Below are positions 1 through 11,249 of a DNA stretch of 64,000 bases, in pieces (position 1 is the stretch's first letter; the number at the start of each line of letters is the position of its first letter). Source of the stretch: Trypanosoma brucei (lineage: Eukaryota); contig CH464491.1 in NCBI GenBank assembly GCA_000002445.1, positions 2,048,001 to 2,112,000 of the forward strand, given 5' to 3'. The notes under the pieces are model-generated. The model worked only from the letters and a program-made list of their open reading frames with translations. It did no database searches and was not told the DNA's origin. The translations under genes and the position numbers were made by a program.

Positions 1-820
1 AACATAGACCGTGCAATGTTTGAGAAGGGCGCGGAAGGAGAGGAGGAACTGGCAGAAATGGGAAGAAAAAGATTTCGAGCGGTTGTCTAAAGGGGTGGAA
101 GAGGAGGGAAATACCGGCGTACTTAATGCAGCTGCACACGTATACGCCTATACATTTGTTGGAAGAAAAAATTATATATTTAGATATGTGTGTTTGTGTT
201 TGTGTGTGTGCATTTGTACGTTGTGCAAGGAAAAGCATGTTGGAGTCAAAATGCGATACACCAGCAGGGCCGACAGTGTGAAGGAGGTGATCCACACAAA
301 CTTATATATCTACATGTGTTTGTATTACATGGTTTGGAGAAGTAAACAGAACCGAAACAAAAATATATATTTAAATAGACAAACACACATACACACACAC
401 GCACCAGAACGAACAGTAGCTACTAGGATGTTGGTGGAAGAAAGCGTAACGTGTATGCGAGTGCTGAGAAAAGAGAAAGCGGCGCGCCCTGCATAGATAC
501 GCTGTTAGTTCCACGAGCACAGCTTTTTTTTTTCATTGTTTTGTTTGTCCTCCTCGCTGCGGCCGCTTTTTCGTTCTGTGTTTGCCTTCCACATTTTCCC
601 GCAAATCCGAAACATACTTTAGAGGAAATTACGCGCTAGATGTGCGATTAGTCATTACTTTGACCTGCGCGTTATTGGGTGCTCCATCACGTGCACCGAG
701 GTGTCGTGTCTCCGAATGCACTCCCTCTCCGCTTCCCCTTCCTTTGGTGTGTTACATTTACTTTGTTCCCTTCGCAACTTCTGAATTTTGCGTTCTCACG
801 GTTCCCTTTATTTTTAGCAG

Positions 821-1738
821 ATGTCTAGTCTACCTTCAGATTCAGCGGAGGGTTTTATTATATCCCATGACAGCAGATGCAATTCGTCCCCTGTAGCGCT
901 GGGAAATCTGAGTCGCAGTCGTTGCTGTAGGAGAACTTTCATTTGGAGTCCCGACGCCTTCAATCAGCTAATTCCCGTATCTATCACGTCGGCCCTGGTT
1001 TTCGGTGTCGTCTTCACACTGTGGAATGATTTGGGAGTCGCTGAGTTAGTTTTTCTTTTCTTTTTACTTTCCATCGCCTACACCTCCGCCTTTATCCTTA
1101 GCTCCTCCGATCCGGGCGTATATCCACGCCTTCGGTTGAGTGAAGTCGACCCACTGCGGGACCGGATGGAATTAGTCTATTGCCGCGTGTGTAATCTCCG
1201 TCGCCCCCCGCGGACATCACATTGTTACGAGTGTAACGTTTGTGTACGAGAGCATGATCACCACTGCGGGGTGTTGGGTGGTTGCGTCGGGCAGAGGACT
1301 ATGCGTTGGTTTGTATTATATCTAATATCTATTAGTGGCGCGTGCATCCTTGGGTTACTTTGGCTCATCCGTGGGCTGCTTAGGTTGGGCCCTATGGTGG
1401 TGATGCCATCGACCAACTCTTCGACCGTTAGGAATGTCAGTGATCGTGGGGCAGCTCCATCGTCTGCCGCTTACAAGGGTGAAGATGTGAAAGCTGCTGC
1501 AATTATAGTAATGTTCATCATTCTTGTCTTGATTACCATGCTTGTTGGAGGTTTAGCAGGTTATTATCTTTATTTGGTTGCAACGTCTACCACCCGTCGG
1601 GAAGCGCAGAAGAGGACGCCACGAACGCATACCAGCTTTACCCTGAAGGGAATGGTGAGTAATGTGGTGAATGTCATTTATCCACCACCCTCTCTGTTGA
1701 TTGAGCCAGCGGGCGCATCCGATGTTCACATGGTATAG
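821..1738 (+). CDS. DHHC-type zinc-finger palmitoyl acyltransferase (multi-pass membrane protein)
   Basis: The ORF contains the signature 'CRVCNLRRPPRTSHCYECNVCVREHDHHCGVLGGCVG' (DHHC cysteine-rich domain) flanked by hydrophobic TM segments. A polypyrimidine tract with an AG lies immediately upstream of the ATG (about 700-820). Confidence 0.8.
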   Translation: MSSLPSDSAEGFIISHDSRCNSSPVALGNLSRSRCCRRTFIWSPDAFNQLIPVSITSALVFGVVFTLWNDLGVAELVFLFFLLSIAYTSAFILSSSDPGVYPRLRLSEVDPLRDRMELVYCRVCNLRRPPRTSHCYECNVCVREHDHHCGVLGGCVGQRTMRWFVLYLISISGACILGLLWLIRGLLRLGPMVVMPSTNSSTVRNVSDRGAAPSSAAYKGEDVKAAAIIVMFIILVLITMLVGGLAGYYLYLVATSTTRREAQKRTPRTHTSFTLKGMVSNVVNVIYPPPSLLIEPAGASDVHMV

Positions 1739-2646
1739 CATATATTTGCCATTTTCTGCTCAGGTGGGCACCGCTGTTCTTCTTGTTGTTCTTTTCGACC
1801 TCCGGACCTGTTTGTCAACTTCCATGCTGGTGCACACAGATGCGCATCTTCGTCTATCCCGCAAAACTTTTGTCCCTTTCCCCATTTACTTTTCTATCTG
1901 AAAAAGCTTTCTGTCCACAAGCCGGTGAGGCTCTTCACATGTTAGCTTGAATTATTATTACTATCGATGTTTTTCGTTTTGCCGTTTGCGGCTACAGTCA
2001 TATATAGAAGGTGAGTGGGGGAGAGTGATGGAGGTTGTTGCCCAAAGAATACTTCGCGAAAACTTGAATCGTTCCCCCTTTCCGGTTGCCCGAACAGCAA
2101 CCAAGTTTGGTCGATTCGGGAAAAGGAGGAGTAAGATGGGTGTTTTTTTTTGTTTTTGTTTTTTTTATGTTTCAAATTTCCTTCAAATCGGTGATTTTCC
2201 GAGCGTACACTCCACAATGAGCATGATACATATTAATAATGCTCTAGGGCGTTTGCACAACTGCGTATTGAGGATCATAACGAACCTTGTTCGTTTCGTC
2301 TTTTCCCCGTGGATTACAATTCTTTCCATCCTTCTTTTCCTTTTCCGGCGAATAGTTTTCCCTTGTTTTCCCTTTTATTTCCGGGTGCTAGGAGTGCTTG
2401 TACTCTTACCGCGTGCGGCACGACGCTGCTCACTCTCTCTCTTCAACTGCATCACAGAACCGGGTCCAAGAGGGGACGCCTGTGGACCGGTAACACCGAG
2501 GTGGGGGTTCAAAGCAGTTAATTAGGGCACCACGAGGGAACGAAGAAAAGAAAAAAAAACGCGTGCATACGATTGTGCGTGTGGGAGTGATTTGGGTTAG
2601 TGGAAGGAAGAGGAGACTGCAGCAATAATAAGGAGATCCCGTTTGC

Positions 2647-3597
2647 GTGGTACATACCATGCCCCAATGTGGCACGGAAAAACATGTATCTGCACCTCCT
2701 TCTTACACCGGTCCATTTGTTGCCGTTGTCGTGGATCTGGACGGGACGATACTTGACGACAACCACCGTGTAAGTGACGTTACAAAGGCAACTCTTTACG
2801 AAGTTGCGTCATGTGGTGTGCACATCATCATTGCCACTGGCCGTCCTCGTGAGGGTGTGGCAGCCATAGAGCAAGAGCTCAATAGTTATTTCCGTTGCAA
2901 CAGCCGTGTGCCTGGGCGTGCCACTTCTTTGGCAGAGGTTAAGGGATTTCATTTGGTGGCGTCAAATGGCGCGCGGATTTACAACACAACGGGGGAACTC
3001 ATCTCCGCAGAGAGTATTGATAATAGTGTCGTTCGTGCTATATATGAGCGCGTTACGGAGTCGAATATCAATGCCAACAGTGAAGACTCTATGCTGGTGT
3101 CTGTCCACCAGACGGGCGCGTGGTGGGTAAATAACGTACTACCTGAAGAATGGCTGCGGCGTAAGTATGGAACCCTGCCGGAGGTGCGGCAAAACCTCTC
3201 GGATTTTCCAACGGATGGTGTTGGAAAAATATGCCTTCGATCCTTTAATGAAGGCACGCTTCGCACGTTCCAAAAGGAGCTAGATACGAAGTACGAGCAC
3301 TACATAACGACCGTCATGACATCTGATCATTGCTTGGATATTATGCCGAAAGGAGTTTCGAAGGCATCGGCCTTGAGGATGGTTGGGGAAATTTTGAACT
3401 TTGAGCCACATCGGGATGCCATTGCATTTGGTGATAGTCTCAACGATAGGGACATGTTAGAGAGTGTGGCTAAAGGGTGTATAATGAAAAATGGGAAGAA
3501 TGAACTGAAAGAGCTGTTGCCTCATGTGGAGGTAGTTGGTTGCAATGAGGAGGATGGAGTGGCGCATAAGTTACGTGAAGTGTTTCTGCTGAGCTAG
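2647..3597 (+). CDS. HAD-superfamily hydrolase, subfamily IIB (Cof-like sugar-phosphate phosphatase)
   Basis: Motif I 'VVDLDGTILDD' (DxD nucleophile), the 'IIATGRP' loop and motif IV 'FGDSLNDRDM' are all present. The 316 aa length is typical of Cof-type phosphatases. Confidence 0.75.
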   Translation: MVHTMPQCGTEKHVSAPPSYTGPFVAVVVDLDGTILDDNHRVSDVTKATLYEVASCGVHIIIATGRPREGVAAIEQELNSYFRCNSRVPGRATSLAEVKGFHLVASNGARIYNTTGELISAESIDNSVVRAIYERVTESNINANSEDSMLVSVHQTGAWWVNNVLPEEWLRRKYGTLPEVRQNLSDFPTDGVGKICLRSFNEGTLRTFQKELDTKYEHYITTVMTSDHCLDIMPKGVSKASALRMVGEILNFEPHRDAIAFGDSLNDRDMLESVAKGCIMKNGKNELKELLPHVEVVGCNEEDGVAHKLREVFLLS

Positions 3598-5439
3598 GCA
3601 GAGGAAAAGGGACGGAAGAAGATTGTTTATGGGTTCACAACTGATATGACATTCTTCCGTGTTTTACTCCTTACTTTTTTAGTTGGACATGTTTCTTTTT
3701 GTTTTCTCTCCCCCCTCTTTTCCCTTCCTTCGATTCAACAACAACACCAACATATATGAAGAGAAGGCTAACATGTGACTTTGGACGGAATTGAAGCTGT
3801 TCTTGCTCTTCACATAGTTTTGCAATCAGCTGTTCTTCTTTTCTTTTCCACTCCAAATTTTTCTTAGTTTAAATCTGTGTTTTCCCCTCTTTTTTTTTTT
3901 TGCCACGCCTTCATTTGTTTCACCATCTTAACCGGCACTGCATACTGCCGTGACACTACTTTATCTTCCTCTCCCGTCATCCTTCCGTTATTCCTCCCTT
4001 TTTGTATACTTGAAGAGGGGGGGGGGGTCGTATGGACTGAAACTGCGCTCTAGGTTTAATTTATGGCAATTGGGGAATGTTATGGTGGAATACGCAATGA
4101 TGAAAGAAACCATAACATCAGAAGGGAAAGCGAGGACGTGAAAGTCGAAGTGGAGACCAAGTTTGTCATGAGTTGAAGCGAACATTTATTTTTGGTTTCA
4201 CATTACTACATAAACCCACGAAGTGTGTACGTGCATAAATAAATGATATATATATATATATCTTTCCAATGTTTGATATCTTTATTTTTCTTTTTGCTCT
4301 CCTTCCTCTATCCGTGTGCGGCGTATTCGTAGGACCACGGGAATATGAGGAGGGGAGAAAGGTATGATGATATGAGAGCTTGGGTATCTGCTTCTTTTGG
4401 TTGATTTTTTTCTTCTAAATTCCCTTCAGTTTATTTTGATTTAACCCCCGCATCCGCGCAGAGCCATCTTCTCCGCATTGTATCAGGGGCCGTGGAAACG
4501 CCCAGTAAGGGATGCATTGTCTGTAACATGTTTCTTTTCTTTGAGTAGGAGAGAAGGGGACGGGATGCAAGTTGAAAATAGGCAAATGACAAATTATTTC
4601 GACGGAAATTGTAGTGAATTTTTATAGTGTTCCTAGGAGGGATTTGGTGCAATAAAAAGAACAAGTGTCGGGTAATATTCGACCCTCATATCTGAGAGTA
4701 TGGTTCGCCTCAACTACAGACCATATGAGGGAGAGGGAGGTCATGCCGCCTTTGGACGTAGTGAAAACAGCACCGAGCAGTTTTTGAAGCATTTTCTTTT
4801 TTTTGTTGTTGTCCTTCTATCCACTGCTCGCGGTGTGAGTTTTACGATTTTGACGTTGCTCACATTTTACGTCTCCTTTCTCCTTCCAACTACCCCACAT
4901 CAAGTAGTTGTGGTAATTTGTTAGGGTGTTAACATATTTTAGTACATTATCATACCCCATATCGGGAACTACCGGTGGTAAATCCTCAGGTGGAACATAA
5001 TTTGGGTCTCAAACATTTGAAACGAGCATGATAAGAGGAAGAGATATATGCTGAACTGGTGTATTCATTAAAAGGGAGATGATGTTCCCTTCTTTAGTGA
5101 GACAACTATTGGTGCTTGGAAACATTCAACCGTGGGTTTGTGCGGCTCCGACTGCGATATGCTCAACATGAGACCGGCGAAGTACGTGCCTACATGTGTA
5201 GAAGAGGAACTAAATACGTGTCTTACCGGCCTTATTATAATAGCCACATTACCTGCACTTCGATTTCATTCGCTTCTTTCTCTTTGCTGTTCTTAGCATG
5301 TTTGCATTCTTCTTTTGCTATATGAGTGCATTCCATCTGCCTCAGGGTATCATCGTCGTGTAGAATATTCGCAACCATTCCGCGATGATACTCTTGCCAT
5401 TCTGTGACGTTGCTATGTCTAAATATACCTTTTACACTT

Positions 5440-5525
5440 CGGTTCGCCTTGTTTTATCCTCCTGTTCACCTAGTCACCAAATACGCCTCCCTTTTCCCCT
5501 TTTCGTTTTGCGCTGATTGGGTTCA
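5440..5525 (+). promoter_or_regulatory. polypyrimidine tract / trans-splice acceptor region upstream of G3PDH
   Basis: C/T-rich 'ttttatcctcctgttcacctagtcaccaaatacgcctcccttttccccttttcgttttgcgc' lies about 110-190 nt upstream of the ATG. Confidence 0.45.
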
Positions 5526-5633
5526 TGCGGCACTGCTACATAGACAGTGGAAGTTTGTTTATTCCCGTTGCCTAGCAGTACATTTTCTCTGTACCAAGAG
5601 AGAGAGAGAAAGGAAAGAAAAAAACAACAACAA

Positions 5634-7445
5634 ATGTCTCGTATTCCTGAGAAGATTCTCTGCGCGTCAGCAGGTGCCTTTGTGGGTTGCATAGGCTTCA
5701 GCTACACAAACCCAAAGTGGACACAACGACGTTTCAACCCAAAGAATGTGCCACCTCTTCTCTACCAGCAAACGCCCTCCCGTGAGGACTGCTTGAAGCG
5801 GATGGAAGCCTTCAACTCACCTGAAAATCCGATGGATGTAATTATTGTTGGTGGTGGCTCCGTTGGTGCGGGTGTGGCATTGGATGCCACCACACGCGGC
5901 ATGACCGTTGGACTTTTTGAAATGAACGACTACGCCAGCGGAACAAGCAGCCGGAGCACCAAGCTCATTCACGGTGGTATCCGTTACCTTGAAAAAGCTG
6001 TGTTCAAGCTTGACATGCAACAGCTGATGTTGGTGGCAGAGGCACTAAGGGAACGAATCATCATGTCTCATCAGGCGCCTCACCTCTGCCGCAGCATTCC
6101 TACTATGATTCCTTGCTACAATCCAATTGACATCGCCAAGTTTTGGTGTGGCGTGAAACTTTATGACATAATTGCCATGTGGGAACGCGGTACCCTGGAG
6201 TATGCTGGGTACCTCACCCCGTACGCCGCCTTGAAGAAGTTCCCGTACCTTAAGAATGGAACCAATAATGGGAAAATACTCCTTGGTGCTGTAGAGTACT
6301 ATGATGGTCAAATGAATGATGCCCGTCTCTGCCTCTCGGCTGCTCTCACAGCAGCCAGCTATGGCGCCGCAACGGTAAACTACGCCAAGGTGGAAAAAAT
6401 GGAGGTTGTGCAAAACAAAATGGGTGAACAAGTGGTGAAGGCAACCGTCCAAGATAGGATAAATTCCAACACGCTAACTGTGTATGGTAAATCTGTGGTT
6501 AACGCCGGTGGACCCTTCACTGCTCGAATTCAGAAGTTGATCACCGACAAGACATCCGTCCGCATGGCACCAAGTTCCGGTACCCATATCATTATTGACA
6601 GGAAGTACTGCCCCAGGGATAGTGCAATGGTGATCCCTTCTAACGATGGGCGTGTTGTATTCTCGGCTGAGTGGCTCGGCGGTTGCTTAGTGGGAACCAC
6701 TGATAAGGGTTGTGAAGTCACTGAGGACATCCGGCCAACGAAGAGCGACATTAAATTTCTTCTTAACAATGTGGAACCTTACGTGGGTAAAGTGTCGGAG
6801 AAAGATGTCCTTTCTGCGTGGTGTGGGATTCGCCCGCTCGCGCTCCCGGAGAATGCGGAAGGCAGTGACACACAAAACATCGTCCGTGAGCACATGGTGG
6901 TGGTCGACAAGGACAACCTGATGGTGAGTGTTGTGGGCGGTAAATGGACGACATACCGAAAGATTGCTCAAGACACGGTGGATGCCCTTTACTCTTCACT
7001 CCTCAAAGGTCGCGTGGAATGCAAACCGTGTATTACGGAGGAGTTGCAGGTTATCGGTGCGCACGAGCTAGAAACAGTCCCGGAGGAGCCAAAGATTTCC
7101 ATCTCAAACAAGGTTCACAAATTCTGGCGCCGCCAATACGGTGACCGTTATCATGTTTTGGCGGATATGGTGAGGGAGGATCCGTCTCTCCTTAAGCCAC
7201 TGCACCCGGAGGAGCCTGTTTTGGCTGCTGATGTTGTGTATTCCGCGCAGCGTGAGCATTGTGAGCGCGTCGTGGACTTCATTTCCCGCCGTACGAGGTT
7301 GTCATTCCTCAACGTGGAACACGCAAAGGCAATTATTCCAGAGGTTGCGCAAATCATGGCCACGACAAAGAACTGGAGCCGTGCGAGAAAGAGCGAGGAA
7401 GTGGCACACGCGCTTGCTGCGCTGGAATCATTTCACGGCCAATAA
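5634..7445 (+). CDS. FAD-dependent glycerol-3-phosphate dehydrogenase (mitochondrial type)
   Basis: An N-terminal dinucleotide-binding fold 'DVIIVGGGSVGAGVALDATTRGMTVGLFE' is followed by the 'SGTSSRSTKLIHGGIRYLE' GlpA/GPD2 signature. Start taken at the internal Met 'MSRIPEK' because the upstream part of the ORF translates a (GA)n/polypyrimidine UTR-like tract. Confidence 0.9.
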   Translation: MSRIPEKILCASAGAFVGCIGFSYTNPKWTQRRFNPKNVPPLLYQQTPSREDCLKRMEAFNSPENPMDVIIVGGGSVGAGVALDATTRGMTVGLFEMNDYASGTSSRSTKLIHGGIRYLEKAVFKLDMQQLMLVAEALRERIIMSHQAPHLCRSIPTMIPCYNPIDIAKFWCGVKLYDIIAMWERGTLEYAGYLTPYAALKKFPYLKNGTNNGKILLGAVEYYDGQMNDARLCLSAALTAASYGAATVNYAKVEKMEVVQNKMGEQVVKATVQDRINSNTLTVYGKSVVNAGGPFTARIQKLITDKTSVRMAPSSGTHIIIDRKYCPRDSAMVIPSNDGRVVFSAEWLGGCLVGTTDKGCEVTEDIRPTKSDIKFLLNNVEPYVGKVSEKDVLSAWCGIRPLALPENAEGSDTQNIVREHMVVVDKDNLMVSVVGGKWTTYRKIAQDTVDALYSSLLKGRVECKPCITEELQVIGAHELETVPEEPKISISNKVHKFWRRQYGDRYHVLADMVREDPSLLKPLHPEEPVLAADVVYSAQREHCERVVDFISRRTRLSFLNVEHAKAIIPEVAQIMATTKNWSRARKSEEVAHALAALESFHGQ

Positions 7446-7486
7446 AAGCCATGTAGGGGAAAGAGAAAAAAGGGAAAATTACCTTT

Positions 7487-7512
7487 CGGCATGATTGTGT
7501 GTGTGTGTGTGT
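7487..7512. repeat. (GT)n microsatellite
   Basis: 'gtgtgtgtgtgtgtgtgtgtgtgt' read directly from the sequence. Confidence 0.9.
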
Positions 7513-8077
7513 ATGGAGGAGGTGCGGGGGGCGATTTTGCGTGCGTGTGTGGGGGGTGATGGTGGAATAATGAATAAATTGGTTAATTGTAAGAGGGGTT
7601 ATCATACACTATCATCTTCACTCTTTGTTTTTCGTTTGGTTGTTTCACTAACTCAATGGTGGAATGAGAAGGAAAAAGGGGGGGCCAGGCACGATAAAAC
7701 TAAGACTCAAAAAAGGTTAAGCAAAATAAAATGTGTTTGGTTAAGGAGAAGAATGAGAAGAAGTGAATATTATTTTCAAATGAAGGGGGAAAAAATAGAG
7801 AATTGGATGTGGGAAGGAAAGGAAAGGAACATATGCAGTGATGCTGGGGATGCTTTCCCACTCCCAGTGTATAGAAAAGGACCACTTCGTTGCATTCCAT
7901 CCATGACCGCGAGACAGAGAGATACTAAAAGAAACTAATGTAAATAAATAAATATAAATAAATAAATATATATATATATATATATGTACGTGGTCGTTAC
8001 GCTAGTGGGGGTATAATCAAACACGTACGTTTATATGCAACATATGCATATGTATATATATTTATTTGTATACCAGT

Positions 8078-8109
8078 ATGTGTGTATGTGTGTGTGTGTG
8101 TGTGTGTGT
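8078..8109. repeat. (TG)n microsatellite
   Basis: 'tgtgtgtatgtgtgtgtgtgtgtgtgtgtg' read directly. Confidence 0.9.
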
Positions 8110-8824
8110 TTAGGGTGCCTCTTTTCATATTGATTCATGTTTGTCAACGACTGTTTGTTGCAGGGCCTTTCTCAGCTAGATTTAGTGGCAGCGGTGACTA
8201 CGAGTACGCGCAAACAGAATGTTTTCTCCATGTGTTCAAGTCTTATATGCAACCTAAGTTGTGTGGCACTTTTTCTCTTTTGCTGTTCAACAAGAATGTG
8301 ATGGGGAAGCATGCGTGAGGGAAGCAAACGGCCCCAGATCCCGGCGCGTGTTTGCCTCAACCGCTTCAACTTCCCTTTTTTTTGCTTTAATCCTTTTTCT
8401 TTTTGTTTTTTTTTGCCCCTTTACCCCTTCCTTTCCTCTATTTCGCCCTCCCACCTTCCACCCCTCATGAAAGGGAGCGCACAGCTTAAGTCGAGGGTTA
8501 AAATGTTAAGAGGTGGGAGAAATATGTACGAGGTTGTACAGGCAGTAAGTGACCGGGCCTGTGGCTTTCATTTTTAATTTTTTTTGTTTTTCTTGTATTC
8601 CTGAAATTACTTTTTTTTTCTTTCAGTGCCTGTGCAAATGTGAAGCCCCTGGAACCCATGTTTCCTTTCTTTCTTTTTTTCTTTTTAAAAGAGGAGAAAT
8701 GAGGAAACAAAGGATAACTAAATACAGAATAAATGAATGGATGACACTTAAAAATGGGATCAATGAGTAATGTCAATTTTTTAAAAAAAGATGAAACCCC
8801 TCGTAAAAACAACGCCGACAAACC

Positions 8825-8827
<3 letters not shown>

Positions 8828-8859
<32 letters not shown>
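8828..8859. repeat. (TA)n microsatellite
   Basis: About 16 TA units read directly. Confidence 0.9.
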
Positions 8860-8860
<1 letters not shown>

Positions 8861-8988
8861 GTAATTATGTGTATTTATTTACATACACGCAAAAGGAAAA
8901 GACCAAAATAAAGGGATCAATACGCAGTGTTTGTTTAACAATTTGGCGTGATGTTAGATAGTGAGGGAAACTGAGGGGGGGGGGGTAC

Positions 8989-8990
<2 letters not shown>

Positions 8991-9020
<30 letters not shown>
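8991..9020. repeat. (AT)n microsatellite adjacent to a G11 homopolymer (8975-8985)
   Basis: Read directly. Confidence 0.9.
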
Positions 9021-9022
<2 letters not shown>

Positions 9023-9402
9023 TAATTAATAATGCATAATTTTAGGCGATGAACTTAAGTGTACATGCTTTCATTTATATTCATATCCATTTCTTCCTTT
9101 TGCACATCCACTTTTGCCACAAAACTTTGAACATGCACAGGAGAGGGACAGGGGGAAACACCACAATGGGACCCGACATATATATATATATATAGTATTA
9201 CTGCTCTTTTCCATCACTGCGTTACGCTTTATCTTTCCCCCTTCTTCTTGAATTTACTATTTTCACCCAATCCTTGCAACGCTCAATACAGGTTTAACTT
9301 ATACACATTTGGAATAAGGCTGGCTTCCTTTACTCTATTCCAATTGAGGTCAATTCTGCCAAAGTTAGTAACTTCCCTCGGCTCTGCTGTCTAAGTGAGC
9401 AG

Positions 9403-10290
9403 ATGGCCACAGCTAAAGAACTTGGGCCAGGCGGGCTGCGAGAGGATGGGAGACCGATCTTCATAGCCACGGACCACACCAAATTTACTCCCTCTACAAA
9501 GCAAGAACTTACCGATCAGCAGAAGCTTGCCTGGAAGTCCTTCCAGCTTTGGCGTACGACACTTGGGATAGAACGGCGTGACAATGTGTATAAGACGCTC
9601 ACAAATTCGGATTACACCAACTTCCGCCTTGGTACCCACATTTTAGGCACGCCGTACCCTGTCATAGAAACTGTCCCGGGTTTCTTTGACGTGTTTAAGG
9701 CCGTGCGCTGGTATGAGCACGCCATTTCCCTAGCTGTTGCTTTGGGGTACGGTTATTGGATTCGGTCTAAGGCATCGACGCGGTATTCCCGTATGATGCC
9801 CATGTCACGGACGTCCATCACCATGCTCACTTTCATTTCAACTGATTTGTGCTTCTGCTATAGAAGCATGTACAGGCTAACTGGCTACCTGCCAAATGAG
9901 TACGAATGTTTCAAATACGGGGTTCTGGAGGATAAAGATAAACTTCAGCGAAAGAAAGAACTGTGGGAGAAGTACGCGAATCACAAGAGGGAATGGTGCC
10001 GTCGTTACGATTACCATGTCTATGGTATCCGACCCGGTGAGACCTTTTCTTTTTTCTCTGCGTGCATGATTCCCTCGTGGGAGCCCCGTTATAATACACG
10101 CACGGACTATCCACCGAGAAAGAATCCGTACTTCCTCACATCCACGCCGCTACGTGACACATTTCTTGAGTCCCCCTTTACATATGAAATACCAAAGGAT
10201 GAAACAGTGCCGCTGGTGCGGGAGCGGCCTGAACTCAAGTATTTGTACCGTGGGCCTGGGCGCACCACACCGCCGAGTGATGAAAAGTAG
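9403..10290 (+). CDS. hypothetical protein (no recognisable domain)
   Basis: A 295 aa ORF on the PTU coding strand with aromatic/basic-rich composition. No family was recognised by eye. Confidence 0.45.
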   Translation: MATAKELGPGGLREDGRPIFIATDHTKFTPSTKQELTDQQKLAWKSFQLWRTTLGIERRDNVYKTLTNSDYTNFRLGTHILGTPYPVIETVPGFFDVFKAVRWYEHAISLAVALGYGYWIRSKASTRYSRMMPMSRTSITMLTFISTDLCFCYRSMYRLTGYLPNEYECFKYGVLEDKDKLQRKKELWEKYANHKREWCRRYDYHVYGIRPGETFSFFSACMIPSWEPRYNTRTDYPPRKNPYFLTSTPLRDTFLESPFTYEIPKDETVPLVRERPELKYLYRGPGRTTPPSDEK

Positions 10291-11249
10291 CAACAGATGC
10301 ATCGATGCCATTCGACTTTGGTGGTATTTGCGTTTGGCCCGAGGACCTCTTAGTGCTTACCGAGTTGACTTTTTTTTTTGTCTTGCGTAGGTTGGTTAAA
10401 ATGATGCGGTGAACAACAGCGGAGGGGAACGCGGAGAAGGAAGGTTGTGCAGCCCGTCTTACACTTACGGCGAATGCCACATGCGTACGACCGCACAAAT
10501 GGCAATAATATAGTAGTGAAGTAGGTAGCGAAGAAGGAAGTAGTAGTAATGATATTCTTCAAAGTGGTAGTTGTAGCAGTAGATGATATAGCAGTGCTAA
10601 AAGTGACAACCAACATCATGTTTGTATGTGTGTCTGCGGTTGTTATTTTTTCTCACAATTCTCTGCGTGTGTATGGGTTTTGTGGGAGTCTATCTCTTGA
10701 GGGCGTTGCGACCTTCCTTATGTTAAGAAGCTGCTTGCCCACGGTTATGGTGCCTGCATCAAGAATAGTTGAGGAAGACTGTAGGGTTGATGGGGAAACT
10801 GAAGTTCATTTGACAAAAAGTCGAAAGGGGGAAAAAGAAGTGTCTTCAAATGTTTGTTATTTTTTCCCTCCCTCCTTGTGAAGTATTTTTTATTTTTTTC
10901 GGTTCCTAGTATTTGACCGCGTTGTGAGACTTTATCGTTTGAGCTGTGTTGCATACTTTCCCTCCTTTCCTGCAGTCAGGTGGTCGATCATTGGTGAACT
11001 TTGGCGTGAGTATGGGAGACATATCGTATTGTAGCTATGAAATACGGCGAGTTGCCCAATCACCTCTTATCCAACCGTTCTCTTCGTCCCCCCTTTTTTT
11101 ATCTGATCCCCATCACTCTTCATTCTTGAGTCTATGTTTTCCTCTTTTCTTTCCGTAATCTTATGTATATATATTTTAAATAATATTTTGGTGGTTTCTC
11201 ATTTTCCCAGTGACACCGTTGGCTCATAGCTCTGTTTTGCCGCCTCAAG

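Noticed and set aside
11-896. ORFs 11-496, 451-639 and 582-896 at the left edge
   Set aside because: They translate (TG)n, (CA)n and polypyrimidine tracts, giving 'CLCLCVCIC' runs, and they overlap the UTR or splice-acceptor region of the DHHC gene. No coding signature is present.
1947-2766. ORFs 1947-2525 (192 aa), 2309-2521 and minus-strand ORFs in the 1740-2640 gap
   Set aside because: The translations are Phe/Leu/Cys-rich ('FCFCFFYVSNF') because they are produced by T-rich UTR sequence. The region is more probably the DHHC 3' UTR plus the HAD 5' region.
2906-3266. Overlapping ORFs inside the HAD hydrolase gene (2906-3130 plus, 2979-3266 minus)
   Set aside because: They are nested inside a CDS with clear HAD motifs, in an alternative frame or antisense.
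8950-8976. Box C/D snoRNA-like 'gtgatgt ... ctga' pair
   Set aside because: The C box is imperfect (UGAUGU), the spacing is only about 20 nt, and there are no terminal stem or D' and C' boxes.
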